Origin: Epiperipatus broadwayi
Taxonomy: Eukaryota; Animalia; Onychophora
Assembly (NCBI GenBank): GCA_028023455.1
Contig: JAQFVV010000005.1
Span: 7,316,001-7,380,000, forward strand
Direction: 5' to 3'
Length of the DNA: 64,000 nucleotides
Shown: positions 1-13,031 of the stretch, in pieces
How positions within the stretch are numbered: position 1 is the stretch's first letter
Layout of the letters: every line of letters starts with the position of its first letter
Notes under the pieces: generated by a model
What the model saw: the letters and a program-made list of their open reading frames with translations, nothing else
The model's database searches: none
What the model was told of the DNA's origin: nothing
Made by a program: the position numbers and the translations under genes

Positions 1-1149
1 CCCCCCTCCTTTTAAACAGAATAAGAAATTGAAAAGACAAATTACTTAAAAAAAAAAAATGTTGTTAATGAAAACTAATATTAAGAGGAATTTATAAATT
101 TAGACATAACATTGTTACTTCTAAGATAAATCACTACTTTTGGACAGAAATCTAAAATTTCTCAAATAGTATTATCAGTGTTTAAAGACTCGAAGAAAAA
201 ATGGAAATGTAGATAGCCGATTGGTACGATATAAACGTATTAAAGTATTATTCTAGGTTAAAATTATAAACGTATTAAAGTAATCACTTCTTGAAATATG
301 ATTTGCCAATTATAATTGTCTAGTTTTTCTCTTATGATGGTGTCTTCTTGTGCTGGGTTTACATGATCCGTATTTCAAATCACGTTGCTATGTTATGCGA
401 AAATTAAACAGTCTATTTTACTATTAATGTCTATGTTATATATATATTGCAATGATTATTTGGTATTTATAAAATAATAATAAATATAACTTCAAAATTC
501 TTTATTCGCTTATAAAAATATCTTAAAATTTACAGTATCAAATAAAATTTAAAAAAATAATCAATTTTTGGTTTAGTTTTAAAAACACATGCAAAAATAT
601 AAAAAGATATATGTGGATAAATTAGTTAAAATAGAATCAGTTTAAAGTAATATATATATGTACACATACTGGTAAATGCTAAATAGTGACATAAACTTTT
701 AATGCAATAATTAAATGTAAAAAGGCAAAAATTCTCCACATAGTAGTGCCACCTTGTGCTAACCTATGTAATCAATGGCTGCCAGAAGGCTTGTGCATAA
801 AATCCCTATCTAGTGCCTTCTCATCCAATATCCCCAGACTAGTTTCTGGCTTGTGATCATGTGATTTTTAGTGGTTTAATAATTAAATGTGTTGGTGCAT
901 GTATAAATGTTTATATTTCTCTGATATATTTAAATATAAAGGAATACCATTTTAAAATATTTTGGTAAAGTTATTTTAAATCTGAAATAAAATCTCAATT
1001 ATTGTGAGAATGTTAAATAAAATAAAAATAATTTATTTTAATATCTATAATATAAATATTTGTTCTAACATTGTGATTTGTATATTTAATTTTTTTAATG
1101 TATAACTATTTTATTTAAATGCTTTAAAATATTATGTGCATGCTTCTCA

Positions 1150-2290
1150 TTAATGACTAAACAAAACAACCTGGAAAATGTTCATAGTAAAAGCATGAAC
1201 AAAATGAAATTTAAAGATGTTATTGAAATGGAAAAATTCAAAAAGTCTTCTGTTGTTACAGTTTCAAGAAAATATTAAAAAAAGTTATTACCTTCCTGCA
1301 ATTGGATATTTATTTTAAACCAGTTTTAAAATTAATGAAATTACTCTTTATAAACAATTTTTTAAGAAATGCCTAACATTAATGAATTTCACTTCTCAAG
1401 AAATTACTAATTATCTCCTTTGCATCTTTAAAAATGAAAAGGAGAACATGTGATTGTCTTAAAGTTTACCATATTATTGGATTGATTCGAAAGATAAACT
1501 TTTGTTATCATTTATTGTTTTACTAGGTTTAATTCTCATAGATCGGTGATTTTGCTATTAAAGTGCCTACGGTTTCCAACCTTTTTTTTTTTTAAAAAAA
1601 AAAAACATTCTAAAAGATTTCACTGGGAAAAAATAATTGAAATTCTTAAATACTTTAACTGAAGTTTAGGTTATAAAGGATATTGTTTTTACTTATTATT
1701 TATTATATATAGACTATGTAATATAGTTGCTTTAAAGTTCTCACAAGAAAAAAACTGGAGTAAAAAAATAATAATTTAAGTTATAAATATTAATTGAATT
1801 TTTGTTAATTATAAATAAACCCAATGAAGCTGATTTAGAAAAACTTAAAAAAGAATACTTTAATCTACAAATTCATTTGAATGACAATGATAATAATAAA
1901 GACATACATTGAGAGGAATTGTATAAAGAACTATGTCTGTTTATAAACTTATTTTCAAGTGAATTATCTAAATTCAAAAATCCACTTGTTTTAAATTATA
2001 TTCATGAAAATTTGACTGTTTCATTCTCAAATTTGAGCACATCATTAAGAATATTGTTAACTCTTCCTACAAGGGTAGCTAGTGAAGAGAAATCGTTTTT
2101 CTTTCCACACTAAATAAAGAGAGATCGTTTTTGAAGTTAAAAAATCATAAAAAATTAGTTATGTTTGACAATGATACAAGGCAATTGATAAATTATTCAG
2201 TGATAACCATAGAAAATGACATATGCATTACTATAAATGTTGATGATATTATTTCTAAATTCAATTCTGTAAAAGCGTAGAAAGTAAATT
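1150..2290 (+). pseudogene. Degenerate hAT transposase, C-terminal part (ZMYM1-like hAT group)
   Basis: ORF 1919-2113 contains FSNLSTSLRILLTLPTRVASEEKSF, and downstream frames give KLKNHK...TIENDI...INVDDIISKFNSVKA*KV. This resembles the hAT dimerisation domain (FPNLxxALRILLTLPVTxASxERSFSKLKLIK...). Many stops and frameshifts; boundaries approximate. Confidence 0.7.
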
Positions 2291-3240
2291 TTATAATTAT
2301 AGCAATTTTTTTTTCATTGTTAATTTTAATAAAACATTAAAATGTATATAACATCACTTATAAGTTTTTCTTTGTTTGAGGAAGCAATTACTGTTTTGCA
2401 TAAAAGTCTTGATGACCCCTTCCTCCAGACCTGATGCCAAATCTTGAATTACTAATTGAAAGGAATAATAAGTTAAAAATCATTTTCTTTTATTATTTCC
2501 ATCATGATGAGTTCTTTGGTATTTAATTTTGGGATTTTTTTGCATTCAAAATTTCTTATACCAATTATTTTGCTATTACATTACGATAATTTTTGAATCA
2601 ATCAATATGATTTTCTGTGTTTTTAATGAAATATTTGTTAATTATTCTTAATTAACATTATCTTTATAATAATTACATAGTTTGTGATTTTTTTTAAAGT
2701 ACTTTGTATGGGTAATAAATATTTCTTGTCATTATTCTATGATTTTTTTAAAAAATTGAGTAGTTTTTTCTATTAACTAGGGAATTATGTTCAAGACAAG
2801 TGAATAAAAAAAGCAACATGCATTTAAGAAATAAAATCAGTAAAATCATGCCACTGACTAAGATTTACTTAATCAATTATTTACTTCCCCATTCTTTATT
2901 TAACAACATCAACTGCATTATTTTTTTTTTTAATATACTTATACCAGGAAGGAACTTGACATTTTACACAAAGTATGAGATTTGCATCCCATTGCCACTT
3001 AGTAAACCATGAAATTAAGCTTTCTGTTACTGATTTCTAGCTAAATCTAGTTGTGAGAAATTATTGTGTATAAATTAAATCTGCATAAATTTGTAACATT
3101 TCTCTTGCTTGGCACAGCAAGTTAATATACTTAAACTGTTGCACATATTAACTTATTATTATTGATTAATAAAATATAATGAAATCTTCTGACATAATTT
3201 GTTAGCCAATAATCATAAACTATAATAATAAGCACTAGAG

Positions 3241-6200
3241 CAGGGTGGGCAAACTTTTTCGCTGAGGGCCACGTCTTTTGAAACACTTCTAACAGGCCGC
3301 AAGTAACATAAATAGAACTATTATTTGAAAACATAATTTTCATACAAATTTATTAAATATGTTCACATATATCACAAAAATATATAACAAAAAATATTTT
3401 ATTTTCTTATTAATGAGATTTATGCAATTGTTTACAATTCTGCTCTAAAATGTCATAATCCAGATTGAGAATACTAGTACCTATTCATAAAATTGCATTT
3501 AAATTTGAATCTGACAAAACAGACCTATTCTTTGATTTGTTTATATTCATACAGGAGAATGTCTGTTCACAAATATATGTTGAAGTAAACAATACAAACA
3601 TTTTTTTGGGAAAAGGTTTTCAAATTATAACATTTTTGTGAATTGAGCGATACATAAAAATCAGTGAGTGTCATATTCATAAAAATTTCCTTCAATGCAT
3701 TATCTGATTGAAAATCTATCAATTCAAATTGCAAATCATCCAATACTGTTTCTACATTACTGGTAAATGGATAACATAACAAATTAAATTCATTTTCCAG
3801 TGATTTAAAATCGGCAAAATGCCTTGAAAATTTCTCTTAAAACAGACAACTGCTTACCATATTTCTTTGAACAAAGTTGATTGATAGTCTGTGTCTGCAA
3901 TATTGGAAAATGCACAAAATTTTTATCATGGACATGTTTGGCCAAAAGTTGTAATTTCACTTGGAAAGATTTAATTTCCACAAATAATTCATGTGCACAA
4001 ACATTTTTGCCTTGTAATTTAATGTTCAGTTCATTTAATTTATTGAAAATGTCAACTGCAAATGTGAATTGTTTTTCATGTTAGTGACAAATTCACAATT
4101 AATGTCTTTCATTTGAAAAAAAAAGCTAAATTTCTTGTCTGAGATTCCATATCCTTTTCAGAACATTGCCAAGGCTTGACCAATGTACATTATTATGATA
4201 CAACACTTATAAATAATCACAATCCATTTCAGCCAAGAAATTCCTGAACTATCTGTGATTTATTCCACTTGCTCTGATGATGTTTATAGCATGCACTACT
4301 GGATTAATCACATGTTTAAAGTCTAATAAAGATTTACATAAGCTTTCTTGGTGAATTATACAATGTAATGATACTAAAGAATGATATGGATGTTCTTCTT
4401 TCACTTTTTCACCAATAAGCTTTATGAATCCAACTGCTTTTTCTGTTAATGAAGCCACCAGTTGTTATGCTTACCAATTTATTCAATGGTAATCCAGATT
4501 TATTCAGACAATTTTCAAGGCATTCATATAAATCTGTACCAGTTGTTGTATCCATCAATTTTTCAAGTGAGAGCAACTCTTCAGTAATTGCAAAATTATG
4601 ATCAATTCCTCTGATGAATACAAGCAGTTGTGCAGTAGCTTTAATATCATTACTCTCATCCAGTGCCAAAGAGTACCAATCAAATGATTTGATAATGTTA
4701 ACTGATTTAACAAATTCTCTGACATTGCATCTATAAAATGTACTATAGTACTTCTTGACAAAGATATTGCTTCAATTTTTGTTTTAACTTGGTGGGCAGA
4801 CAATGTCAACGGTGGCAAGCATGCATTCCTTTAAAAATTCGCCTTCAGAAAGTAATTTTTTATGTTTGGAAATATTATACACAAGCTTTCATTGCACCAG
4901 CTTGTTCATCACATTGTTTGACAAAAACATTTTGCTGCTTGTTTAAACTTTTTAATAAACCATTTGCGTTTTGCTGTTTTTCATTTTTTGATAAAGTACT
5001 TGCAAATGTATTGTGTTTACTTTGCAAATGCCTCTTCAAATTGTACTCATTGAAAACAGCAATGTTCTCATGGCACATTAAGCACACTGCTTTGATTTCA
5101 ACATTTGTGAAGAAGTACTTCCATGTCCATTCATTGTTAAAAACATGGCATTCAACATCAATTTTACGTTTTTTAACTGTAGTCATTTTTAAGAACAGAT
5201 TTCAAAATTTGGAAATTAAGAGCCACGTCCAAACACTAGTGAATCAAATAGTATACTGACAAGTGCAATGATTTTAATCAAGACAGTGAGATTTAGACAA
5301 AAACAGAGCTGAGCGAGTGAAGAGCTCCAGGATTTTAATTTAAACACATATAATGAAAACAAGTCAAATTGATAGCTTCTATTCAGTGAATTATATCTTT
5401 TATTATTACAGCATTTATGAAACTAGTGTAAAGAATAAAGAAAATAATTGAGAATAAAAAAATTATTAATATTCAAGATGAAAATAATTTTTTAATCTTA
5501 GCATTATTAGTTTTTCAAACCAACTAAATTTATTATTCATTTAGTTATTTTGAAGTTGTTTACAAGAACATCTGAGTTTGATAATTATAAAATAAATTTA
5601 AAAAAAAAAGTTTCAACTGATGATGCATGATTAATTTATCTTTAAACAGAAAGGAAAATCTTTTAGAAACAGATGAGAGAAGTTGGATAAAACAAAATAT
5701 TGCAGCTATTTAGCATTCTATTTAATTACTTAGTTGTATTTTTTTTAAAAGGGGATAAGTTTTAAAAAAATAAAAGTTACAAATAATTACTAACCTGTGT
5801 CGTCTATTTGTGGATTATTACTAACAAGTTGTTCCATTCTTAAATATTAAAATCTAGCATACCTATACATTTTAAATAGGTTTGCTATTCATATTTGATG
5901 ACCTCCATGTACTGGATTGAATGAAAATAGCAAAAGAAGAACATGAATAAAGACAATACATTTCCCCCAAGTGTTTATATACTTTTATTTCAAAAGGCAC
6001 TTGGGAAATGTTAATTTAGATTTTTATAGATCATAAGTAAGATTAATGGAAGTTAAAAATCTTCCATTTGTTATAAATTGATAAAATTTTTTTAGCAAAA
6101 GTGCTTTTGTGTGTGAATTTTCCCTTTGGTAAATTAAATATGTATTAATTAACATCTTTAACAGAAGAAAAAAATACATTTTCTACAAATATCCCAAAAG

Positions 6201-6765
6201 CATAAATATTTATTTGTTTTATTGATTTATCTTATTTTAATTCTCATGTCATATATGCATTATGAATTAAGTTATATTTAAATAAATCTTAAAATTTTCT
6301 TTCTCCCAATTTTAAATGAAAGAAAACCAACTAATTAAGCAAATGTTAATGACATTTTTTTTTTGTTGTTACCAGACTAATCTGTCAGTAAAGATTTCAT
6401 TTTATTTCAGTTCAGTTCAAAATTTACATTTGCAATTAAAAAAACAGGTTTTTATAAACAATTTTTTAAAAATTAGTTTAATTGATTTGAAAATATTAAC
6501 ACATTTACAAATCGAATTTTATTTTATTCTTGCAAGACAAAAATATATACATGCATCAAATACTATATTATTTTATTTTTAAGAAACAAATATATATATA
6601 TATATATGACAATTATTAACTGGAAGCTATCACAGTAAGTATTTTTATCCATATGTAAAATATGTATAATATATATAAAAATACATTTTTTAACTTATGA
6701 GCAGGTCGCACAAATGCACACCAGGACCCACATGTGGCCCACGGACTGTAGTTTTTTCACCCCTG
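3241..6765 (-). mobile_element. hAT DNA transposon (SPIN/Charlie, GTF2IRD2-like transposase), full length but decayed
   Basis: Imperfect TIRs cagggtgggcaaact (3241) and agttttttcacccctg (ends 6765). 8-bp TSD cactagag (3233-3240) / caatagag (6766-6773), 7 of 8 matching. Transposase fragments lie inside. Confidence 0.9.
3500..5186 (-). pseudogene. hAT transposase pseudogene (frameshifted)
   Basis: Consecutive ORF pieces: MTTVKKRKIDVECHVFNNEWTWKYFF...AVCLMCHE (BED-like), LALDESNDIKATAQLLVFIRG (catalytic D), HCIIHQESLC (CxxH-region motif), and a C-terminal TSTYICEQTFS-type motif near 3570. Confidence 0.9.
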
Positions 6766-6799
6766 CAATAGAGATTAGACCTCATCGCATCGCTTTGAA

Positions 6800-8330
6800 A
6801 AAAAAAAGATTTATAAAGAAATTAAGTGTTTTCATATAATAAATATGACGTAGCTAGAATTGTATGGAAAGGAGTGGCAATAGCAGGTTTAACATATAGT
6901 AATGATGTGCTATGTGTTAGTAAATGGGTATTAGAATACTTAGAAAAAGTACAAAGAGAAGTAGGAAGACATGCATTAGATGCAGATGTGTGGATGGTGA
7001 AGGAGGCAATTCAAGGAGAAATGGGATGGTCATGTTTTTATATGAGACGTAAAAAGCAAATTGAAAATGTTCAGTAGATTGCAGTTTATGAATAATAAAA
7101 GAATAGCCAAAATAGTATTTAATTGGGTTATGAGTAAAAGACAGACAACAAGATGGGTGAGAAAGGTAATGTGGTATGCAGAAGATTTGGATAAAGAATT
7201 TATGTCAGTATACTTGTACAAAAGGTGGGATGGTTGTCTTAGGAGAATTGTTGAGTGTTATTGTTATAGTCCTCCCTTCTCTCAGAAGTGGACTATTCCA
7301 GATGGCGCCTTATCTGATCGGATTAAGCATTGTTTGCCTCGGGCCAATAGGCTGATGTATAGATAAAAGCATAGCCAATGATTATTACAAGCCAATGAGC
7401 AGCAATGCATGCTAAATCCAAAGGTTTTCAATAAAGTCAGGGATCTGGGTATAAATAGTCAGCCTTTTGTGAGAATCAAGGAAGAACGTGTCTAACCTAA
7501 ACAGATGCTTTGCGTTCTCCCAGGAAACTCTGCTAACATAAACAGCAGCAAGTATTCCCATTAATAACACTATGCTATTTAGATCTACGCAGCTAGGCAA
7601 GTCCCACAGAGACTGGACACTGCTAAGATCACCCTCGGCTCGAGGCAAGCTAACTACATAGCTGGAAGAGTCATAGACCTTATCTGTGAGGCAAGCCATA
7701 AGGTGTGGCTGGAAGCGGCAGGCAAAACCCAGAGTTCATGTTAAACTCCAAGATTCAACTTATAAATATGCATTTGTATACTGTATATTGTTTGTATATA
7801 TTTTTACATAATAAATATATTAAATTATAATACTTGTGTCAGTATTATTTTTTACTGTTAGTTGGGTCTGTAATCCAGACCAAACACAACAGTTATAGTG
7901 GTAATGAATGGTATAGAAGAATACATGCATTAATAAAGAATAGGAAGTTTGAGAAATGGAGAACTAGTTTGGAGAGTAAAAAGAGTTTAAATATATATAT
8001 AGAATTAAACATAATATTGGGTGTGAGTTAATTTATGATAATAGCAAGGAAAGGGAATTACATGTAAATGGTAAAATGTGGGTGATTTAGTCTGCAAGTT
8101 GTGTAAGGAAAGCATAGAAAATATTAGGCATTTGTTAATTAAATGTAAATGCTTAAAAGCAGAAAGGGTAAAAATGATGAAGTAATGGAAGAATAAATAT
8201 AAACAAAATGATTATACAGAAAGTGTGTTATTGTACTGGGTTTGGGAAAAGATAAGGGGGATTTAGATACAAAGGCCTTGGAGTTGACAAAGATTATGTT
8301 GTGGAAATGGGATGGAGCAGGATATTGGAA
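6800..8330 (+). mobile_element. Degenerate non-LTR retrotransposon 3' fragment (RT thumb plus CCHC zinc finger), interrupted by a solo LTR
   Basis: ORFs 6826-7077 and 7061-7366 (YDVARIVWKGVAIAGLTY...LEKVQREVGRHAL...IQGEMGW) resemble the C-terminal part of a LINE RT. After the insertion the frame gives EKWRTSLESKKSL and CKLCKESIENIRHLLIKC (about 8095-8150), a CxxC..E..H...C zf-RVT-type motif. Confidence 0.7.
7262..7891 (+). mobile_element. Solo LTR (630 bp)
   Basis: Begins TGTTA and ends ACAACA. 5-bp TSD gttat (7257-7261 / 7892-7896). TATA-like ataaatag at about 7451. Splits the LINE above. Related to 31102-31821. Confidence 0.8.
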
Positions 8331-8539
8331 AACTTAAGGCGGGGAATGGAAAGTAAAGTGGCTAACAAATTTCTCTGGGCATAGTTGCGGAGAAATTCCT
8401 GATTCCCTATAAGAAGGTATAATACATCACACCTAAAAAATTAAAACACTAAATTCAAACAATTGACTTTGCTAAAGTACAATTAGGTGTGCTAGAATGT
8501 CTTATAGAAACATAATCTCCCGGTTGACTAATTGGATTA

Positions 8540-8738
8540 TGTAGTGTTTTAGTCTCTAGAATAACAAACCAGCCAAAAACTTGTTATAATTTTTAAGAAC
8601 GAATTAGCGCTATCAAAATAGTATTTGTTTACTAGTTACGGTTACCATTCATACCGCAGACAATAATAGTCTAGTTCCGCAGTCATTCCTTGAATGACGT
8701 CATGATAGAAAAATCATCACGGATCGTAAGACATTACA
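8540..8738 (-). repeat. 3' LTR of Gypsy element
   Basis: Direct repeat of 12833-13031 with TGTAG...TTACA termini. Confidence 0.97.
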
Positions 8739-8749
8739 CTCCTTCCCCC
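8739..8749 (-). other. Polypurine tract (GGGGGAAGGAG)
   Basis: ctccttccccc on the + strand lies directly between the pol stop codon and the 3' LTR. Confidence 0.9.
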
Positions 8750-11700
8750 TTAGTATGTAACATAATCCTTGAAATGCACTGGTGGACGGCATTGACGTTG
8801 AGGGTGTTCTCTGTAAGCCTTTGGAGTTTGAATTGAAGATGTAGGATGGAAATGTGTTGAGCTCGGGTTATTTGTGTTTTCCAGTGTCACACTGGGTAGA
8901 GAATTTTGGGCAAGTGGTGTTTCCTCAGCAGGAGATGAGACAGTTGGAAAAGTGTCCACTGTTCTTGAGCGCAACTGATCAATGTGCTTATGTTGTAAAC
9001 CCAGATCAGTTCGTACTTCATATGACAGAGGGCCTGTACGCTGTTCTACCATAGCAGGAATCCATGGAGAACCCCTTCCTGCTGCTCGTGTAAATACTGT
9101 GTCATCTGGTTGGAATTCACGTAACTGATGATGTTTGTATGGTGCTGACTTTGGGGCTCTATCCGGATGAAGGAAGTCCAGGCATGTACGAAGGCGTCGA
9201 TGAAAGAGCATTTCGGCTGGACTCAAACCTGTAGTTGTAGATGGAGTTATGTGCTGAGCCAAAAGGTATTGGGCAATACGTTGCTCCCAATTTCCATGAG
9301 TAATACGCTTTAGGCTCTCCTTCACAGACTGGACAGCCCTCTCCGCAAGACCATTACTTGATGGGTGGTAAGGTGCGATTCGTGCATGGCGAATTCCATT
9401 ACTAGCAAGAAAAGTAGAAAACTCTGAAGAAACAAACTGGGGTCCATTGTCCGAAACTACACACTCTGGTATTCCATGGGTACAAAATAGTTCTCGTAGT
9501 ACTGTGACTGTTGCAACTGAGGTTGTTTTAGGCATTCTGCGCACTTCTACCCATTTTGAATAGGCGTCAACAACAACAAAAAGCATTTGCCCATCGATTG
9601 GGCCTGCAAAATCTACGTGCAGTCATGACCATGGTGTGGATGGTGGTTCCCAAGGGTGAATTGGAGCACGGGGGCAAGCATGTCTTATGACTTGACAATT
9701 TTTGCATTTGCCCACAAGATTCTCAATATCCCTATCCATTGATGGCCACCATACGTATGATCTTGCTAATGCTTTGGTTCTCACGATGCCAGAATGACCC
9801 AAATGAAGTTCGTTAAGAACAATTCTCTGTAGAGAAAAAGGAATAATTACGCATGACCCCCAAAGCAAACAGTTTTTGTGTGTTGATAACTCATTGCGTC
9901 TTATAAGAAAAGGTTGAAGTTTAGTGTCTGTGGTTCTGCTTGGCCAGGCAGTGAAAATATAGTTTTTTACTCTTGATAACAAAAAGTCTTTTCGTGTTGC
10001 ATGTGCAACTTGTTCAGCAGTTACAGGAGGATCTTCCAATTCCTCCAAGAAAAAGACACCATTCATGTTTGGATTGTCGCATTCGGTTGATGGAAGTGGA
10101 AATCTGCTCAACGCGTCTGCATTTGCAACTTTTTTTTCCTGGTTTATATTCCAGTTTGAAAGAATATGCATTGAGGATGTGTGTCCATCTTTGCATTCGG
10201 GGTGATAAAATTATTGGTGTTGGTTTATCCGAGGTAAAAATGCCAAGCAGCGGACGATGATCAGTACAAATGTTAAATTTAATTCCGAATAGGAAATGAT
10301 GAAAACGTTTCACGCCAAATACTATTGCCAAAGCTTCTTTATCAATTTGTGCATAGTTTCGTTCAGCCTTAGACAATGTCCGTGAAGCAAAAGCAACTGG
10401 AGCGGATGATCCATCAGGATATTGCATACTTAATACTGCACCTACTCCGTAAGGCGAAGCATCACATGTAAGTAGAACACTTTGGTGAGGGTCAAATGGA
10501 ACTAGAACATTATTGGACATCAATGCCTCTTTAAGTTTAAGAAAGGCTTTTTCATGTTGTGGTGTCCAAGTCCATGTAGCATTTGTCTGTAATAAACGAT
10601 GTAAAGGTTCAGCTACTGTTGCACGATCTGGAAGGAAATTGTTATAAAAATTTATAAGACCTAAGAATGCTTTCAGTTCTATTTTGTTCCTAGGAGAGCA
10701 AGCATTTTGAATTGCAGTTGTTTTACTTGGAGATGGATGCAGGCCTTTACAGTCGATTGTATAACCCAGAAATTCCACAGAATCTACTCCAAATACACAT
10801 TTTTCTTTATTGGCCCGCAATCCACTGTGTGCTAACCTTTTAAACACAGTACGTAATTTTGAACATAGATCAATTGTTGAAGACGCACAAATTAATATGT
10901 CATCGAAATATGGAAAAACTCCAGAAATGTTTCCAAGTAAATTGTCTATAATACATTGAAACATTCCGGGTGCAACACAGATTCCGAACTGTAGACGTTT
11001 TACGCGGAAGGCTCCTCGATGAGTGATGATTGTCTGTATGTTTGCAGACATATCATCAACTGGAAGTTGTAGGTAGGCCTTAGCTAAATCAATTTTTGCA
11101 AAGATAGAGCTAGGAGGAAGAGATGTCAGAAGATGATGTACCGCAGGTATAGGGTATGGGTGATTCTGAAGAGCTCTGTTGACTGTCACTTTGTAGTCAC
11201 CGCATAATCTCACCTCTCCTGTTGGTTTAAGAATCGGTACTACTGGTGTTGTCCATACAGGGTTTTCCACTGGTTCAATGATCCCATCGCGGAGCAGAGT
11301 ATCTAAAGCAACATCCACCTTAGGTTTCATAGCAAGTGGTAGTGGCCGGGCTCGTAGTCTGATTGGGGGAAATTTAGGATCAACTGGCAATGATACAGCT
11401 GGACCCTTGTAAGTTCCTATAGATGAGCTGAAAACTTGTGGAAATTCATTAATGATATCTTGAATAGATGGTTCGGTAATTAGATGGACTCCAGTTAATG
11501 AAATACCTAGAGGTGTGAACCATTCACGTCCTAACAGGTTTGTACAGGGACTCTCTGTTATTAATAAACGTAGATGGCATGAATATACACCATACTGAAC
11601 ATGTACAACACAATATCCCTTGAATAATATTGAGTGGTGCTGGAAATCCCGTAATGTAATTGTTACTGGATGTAGTTCAGGTATTTTTCCATTGCACAAT

Positions 11701-12704
11701 TCAGATAGTGTGTCAGAAGATACAATAGAATATTCTGATCCTGAGTCAATTTCCATTTTACATTCCTTGCCATTAATGTACACATGTGCGGAGGATTTAG
11801 GTGTTGAAGCATCACGGCGTATTTCATGGATATGGCTTACATCATCATCCGTCTCCATTACTGCCATGCAGTGGTTTGCAGATCCAGGAATAGTGCGTTG
11901 TTTTGCTCGGCATACACGCTGTAGATGACCTATTTTCTGGCAGAAATGGCATTTGGTTTTCTTGAAAGGGCATTCCACTCGATTGTGTTGACTGCCACAA
12001 CCATAGCAAAGTGGAGATCCCGATTGAGATGCACCAATGTTCCTTTTGTGTGTAGGGGATGTTTGTGAAGACAGTGAAAACCTAGAAACATTTTTGCGAG
12101 GTAAGGTTGATCTGTTTCGCTGAATAAGATCAACAGTCGACATGGGAGTGTTTGTGGCACGAATTTCACGCACCTGCACCAATGCAGATTCAGCAGCTAA
12201 ACTACGCTGTATAGCTATCTCTAATGTTAAAGATTCTTCTGTTAATAATTTGCGCTGTGTAGTTTCATCACGAAGTCCACAGACAAATTGATCTCGAAGA
12301 CGCTCTGTTAGTGAAAGACCAAAATCGCAGCTCTCTGCCAAACGTCGAAGGTCGGCTAAAAATGCACTCACATTTTCTTCTTCTCGTTGCCAACGACGGT
12401 GAAATTGAAAACGTTGGTAAATAACGGAAGGTTGTGGATTAAAATACTGTTTTAATATATTTACTATTTCTTGATATGACTTGTCATGAGGCAATGCAGG
12501 TGATATAAGAGAACGAAGAATACTTAATGTTCGTAGTCCGCAGACAGCGAGGAGTGTTGCACGTTTCTTTTCGTCAGCAATAATATTATTAGCTTCACAA
12601 AAGAAATTTACCTGTGACGCGTATGTATCCCACATTTGCGGTGAGTCAGCGTCGAAAGGTGCTATAGAACCAATAGTTGCCATTATAAATCCAATAGAAA
12701 ACAA
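8750..12704 (-). pseudogene. gag-pol polyprotein with two lesions
   Basis: Gag with two Cys/His knuckles (CYGCGSQHNRVEC, CHFCQKIGHLQRVC), protease IDSGS, RT YFDD, RNase H CDASPYG, integrase HHCC, DDE core and GPLSY. +1 frameshift in an A8 run (10130-10137) and an in-frame TGA at 9623-9625. Confidence 0.95.
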
Positions 12705-12807
12705 AGTTTGAGTAAAAAAAAATTCGGCGTCCTACGTACGATTAAGAATAATATTATAAAGAACACTGTTGAATTAAAATATAATATATATTTTTAGTAT
12801 CTCGCGT

Positions 12808-12825
12808 ATCCCATCCTCGTCGCCA
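12808..12825 (-). promoter_or_regulatory. Primer binding site complementary to tRNA-Ser(GCT) 3' end
   Basis: The + strand atcccatcctcgtcgcca equals the 3' 18 nt (including CCA) of metazoan tRNA-Ser(GCT) as I recall it. It is separated from the LTR by 7 nt. Confidence 0.85.
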
Positions 12826-12832
12826 AAACTGG

Positions 12833-13031
12833 TGTAGTGTTTTAGTCTCTAGAATAACAAACCAGCCAAAAACTTGTTATCATTTTTAAGAACGAATTAG
12901 CGCTATCAAAATAGTATTTATTTACTAGTTACGGTTACCATTCATACCGCAGACAATAATAGTCTAGTTCCGCAGTCATTCCTTGAATGACGTCATGATA
13001 GAAAAATCATCACGGATCGTAAGACATTACA
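12833..13031 (-). repeat. 5' LTR of Gypsy element
   Basis: Direct repeat of 8540-8738. Confidence 0.97.

Larger units (their letters stand above)
8540..13031 (-). mobile_element. Ty3/Gypsy LTR retrotransposon, full-length provirus (K02A2.6-like/Mag-type single gag-pol ORF)
   Basis: 199-bp LTRs at 8540-8738 and 12833-13031 (TG...CA, 2 differences), 5-bp TSD gatta (8535-8539 / 13032-13036), PBS, PPT and gag-pol in gypsy order PR-RT-RH-IN. Confidence 0.97.

Noticed and set aside
743-758. CTCF-like motif (gcacaaggtggcacta on minus); similar ones near 27080 and 39605
   Set aside because: Short degenerate matches are expected by chance; no independent support from the sequence.
2800-6582. Short ORFs 2800-3012, 3131-3343, 3881-4084, 4789-5259 and 6316-6582
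   Set aside because: Low-complexity AT-rich translations or antisense shadows of the hAT transposase.
8854-12169. ORFs 8854-9054, 9973-10260, 11620-11928 and 11930-12169
   Set aside because: Antisense or off-frame shadows of Gypsy gag-pol.
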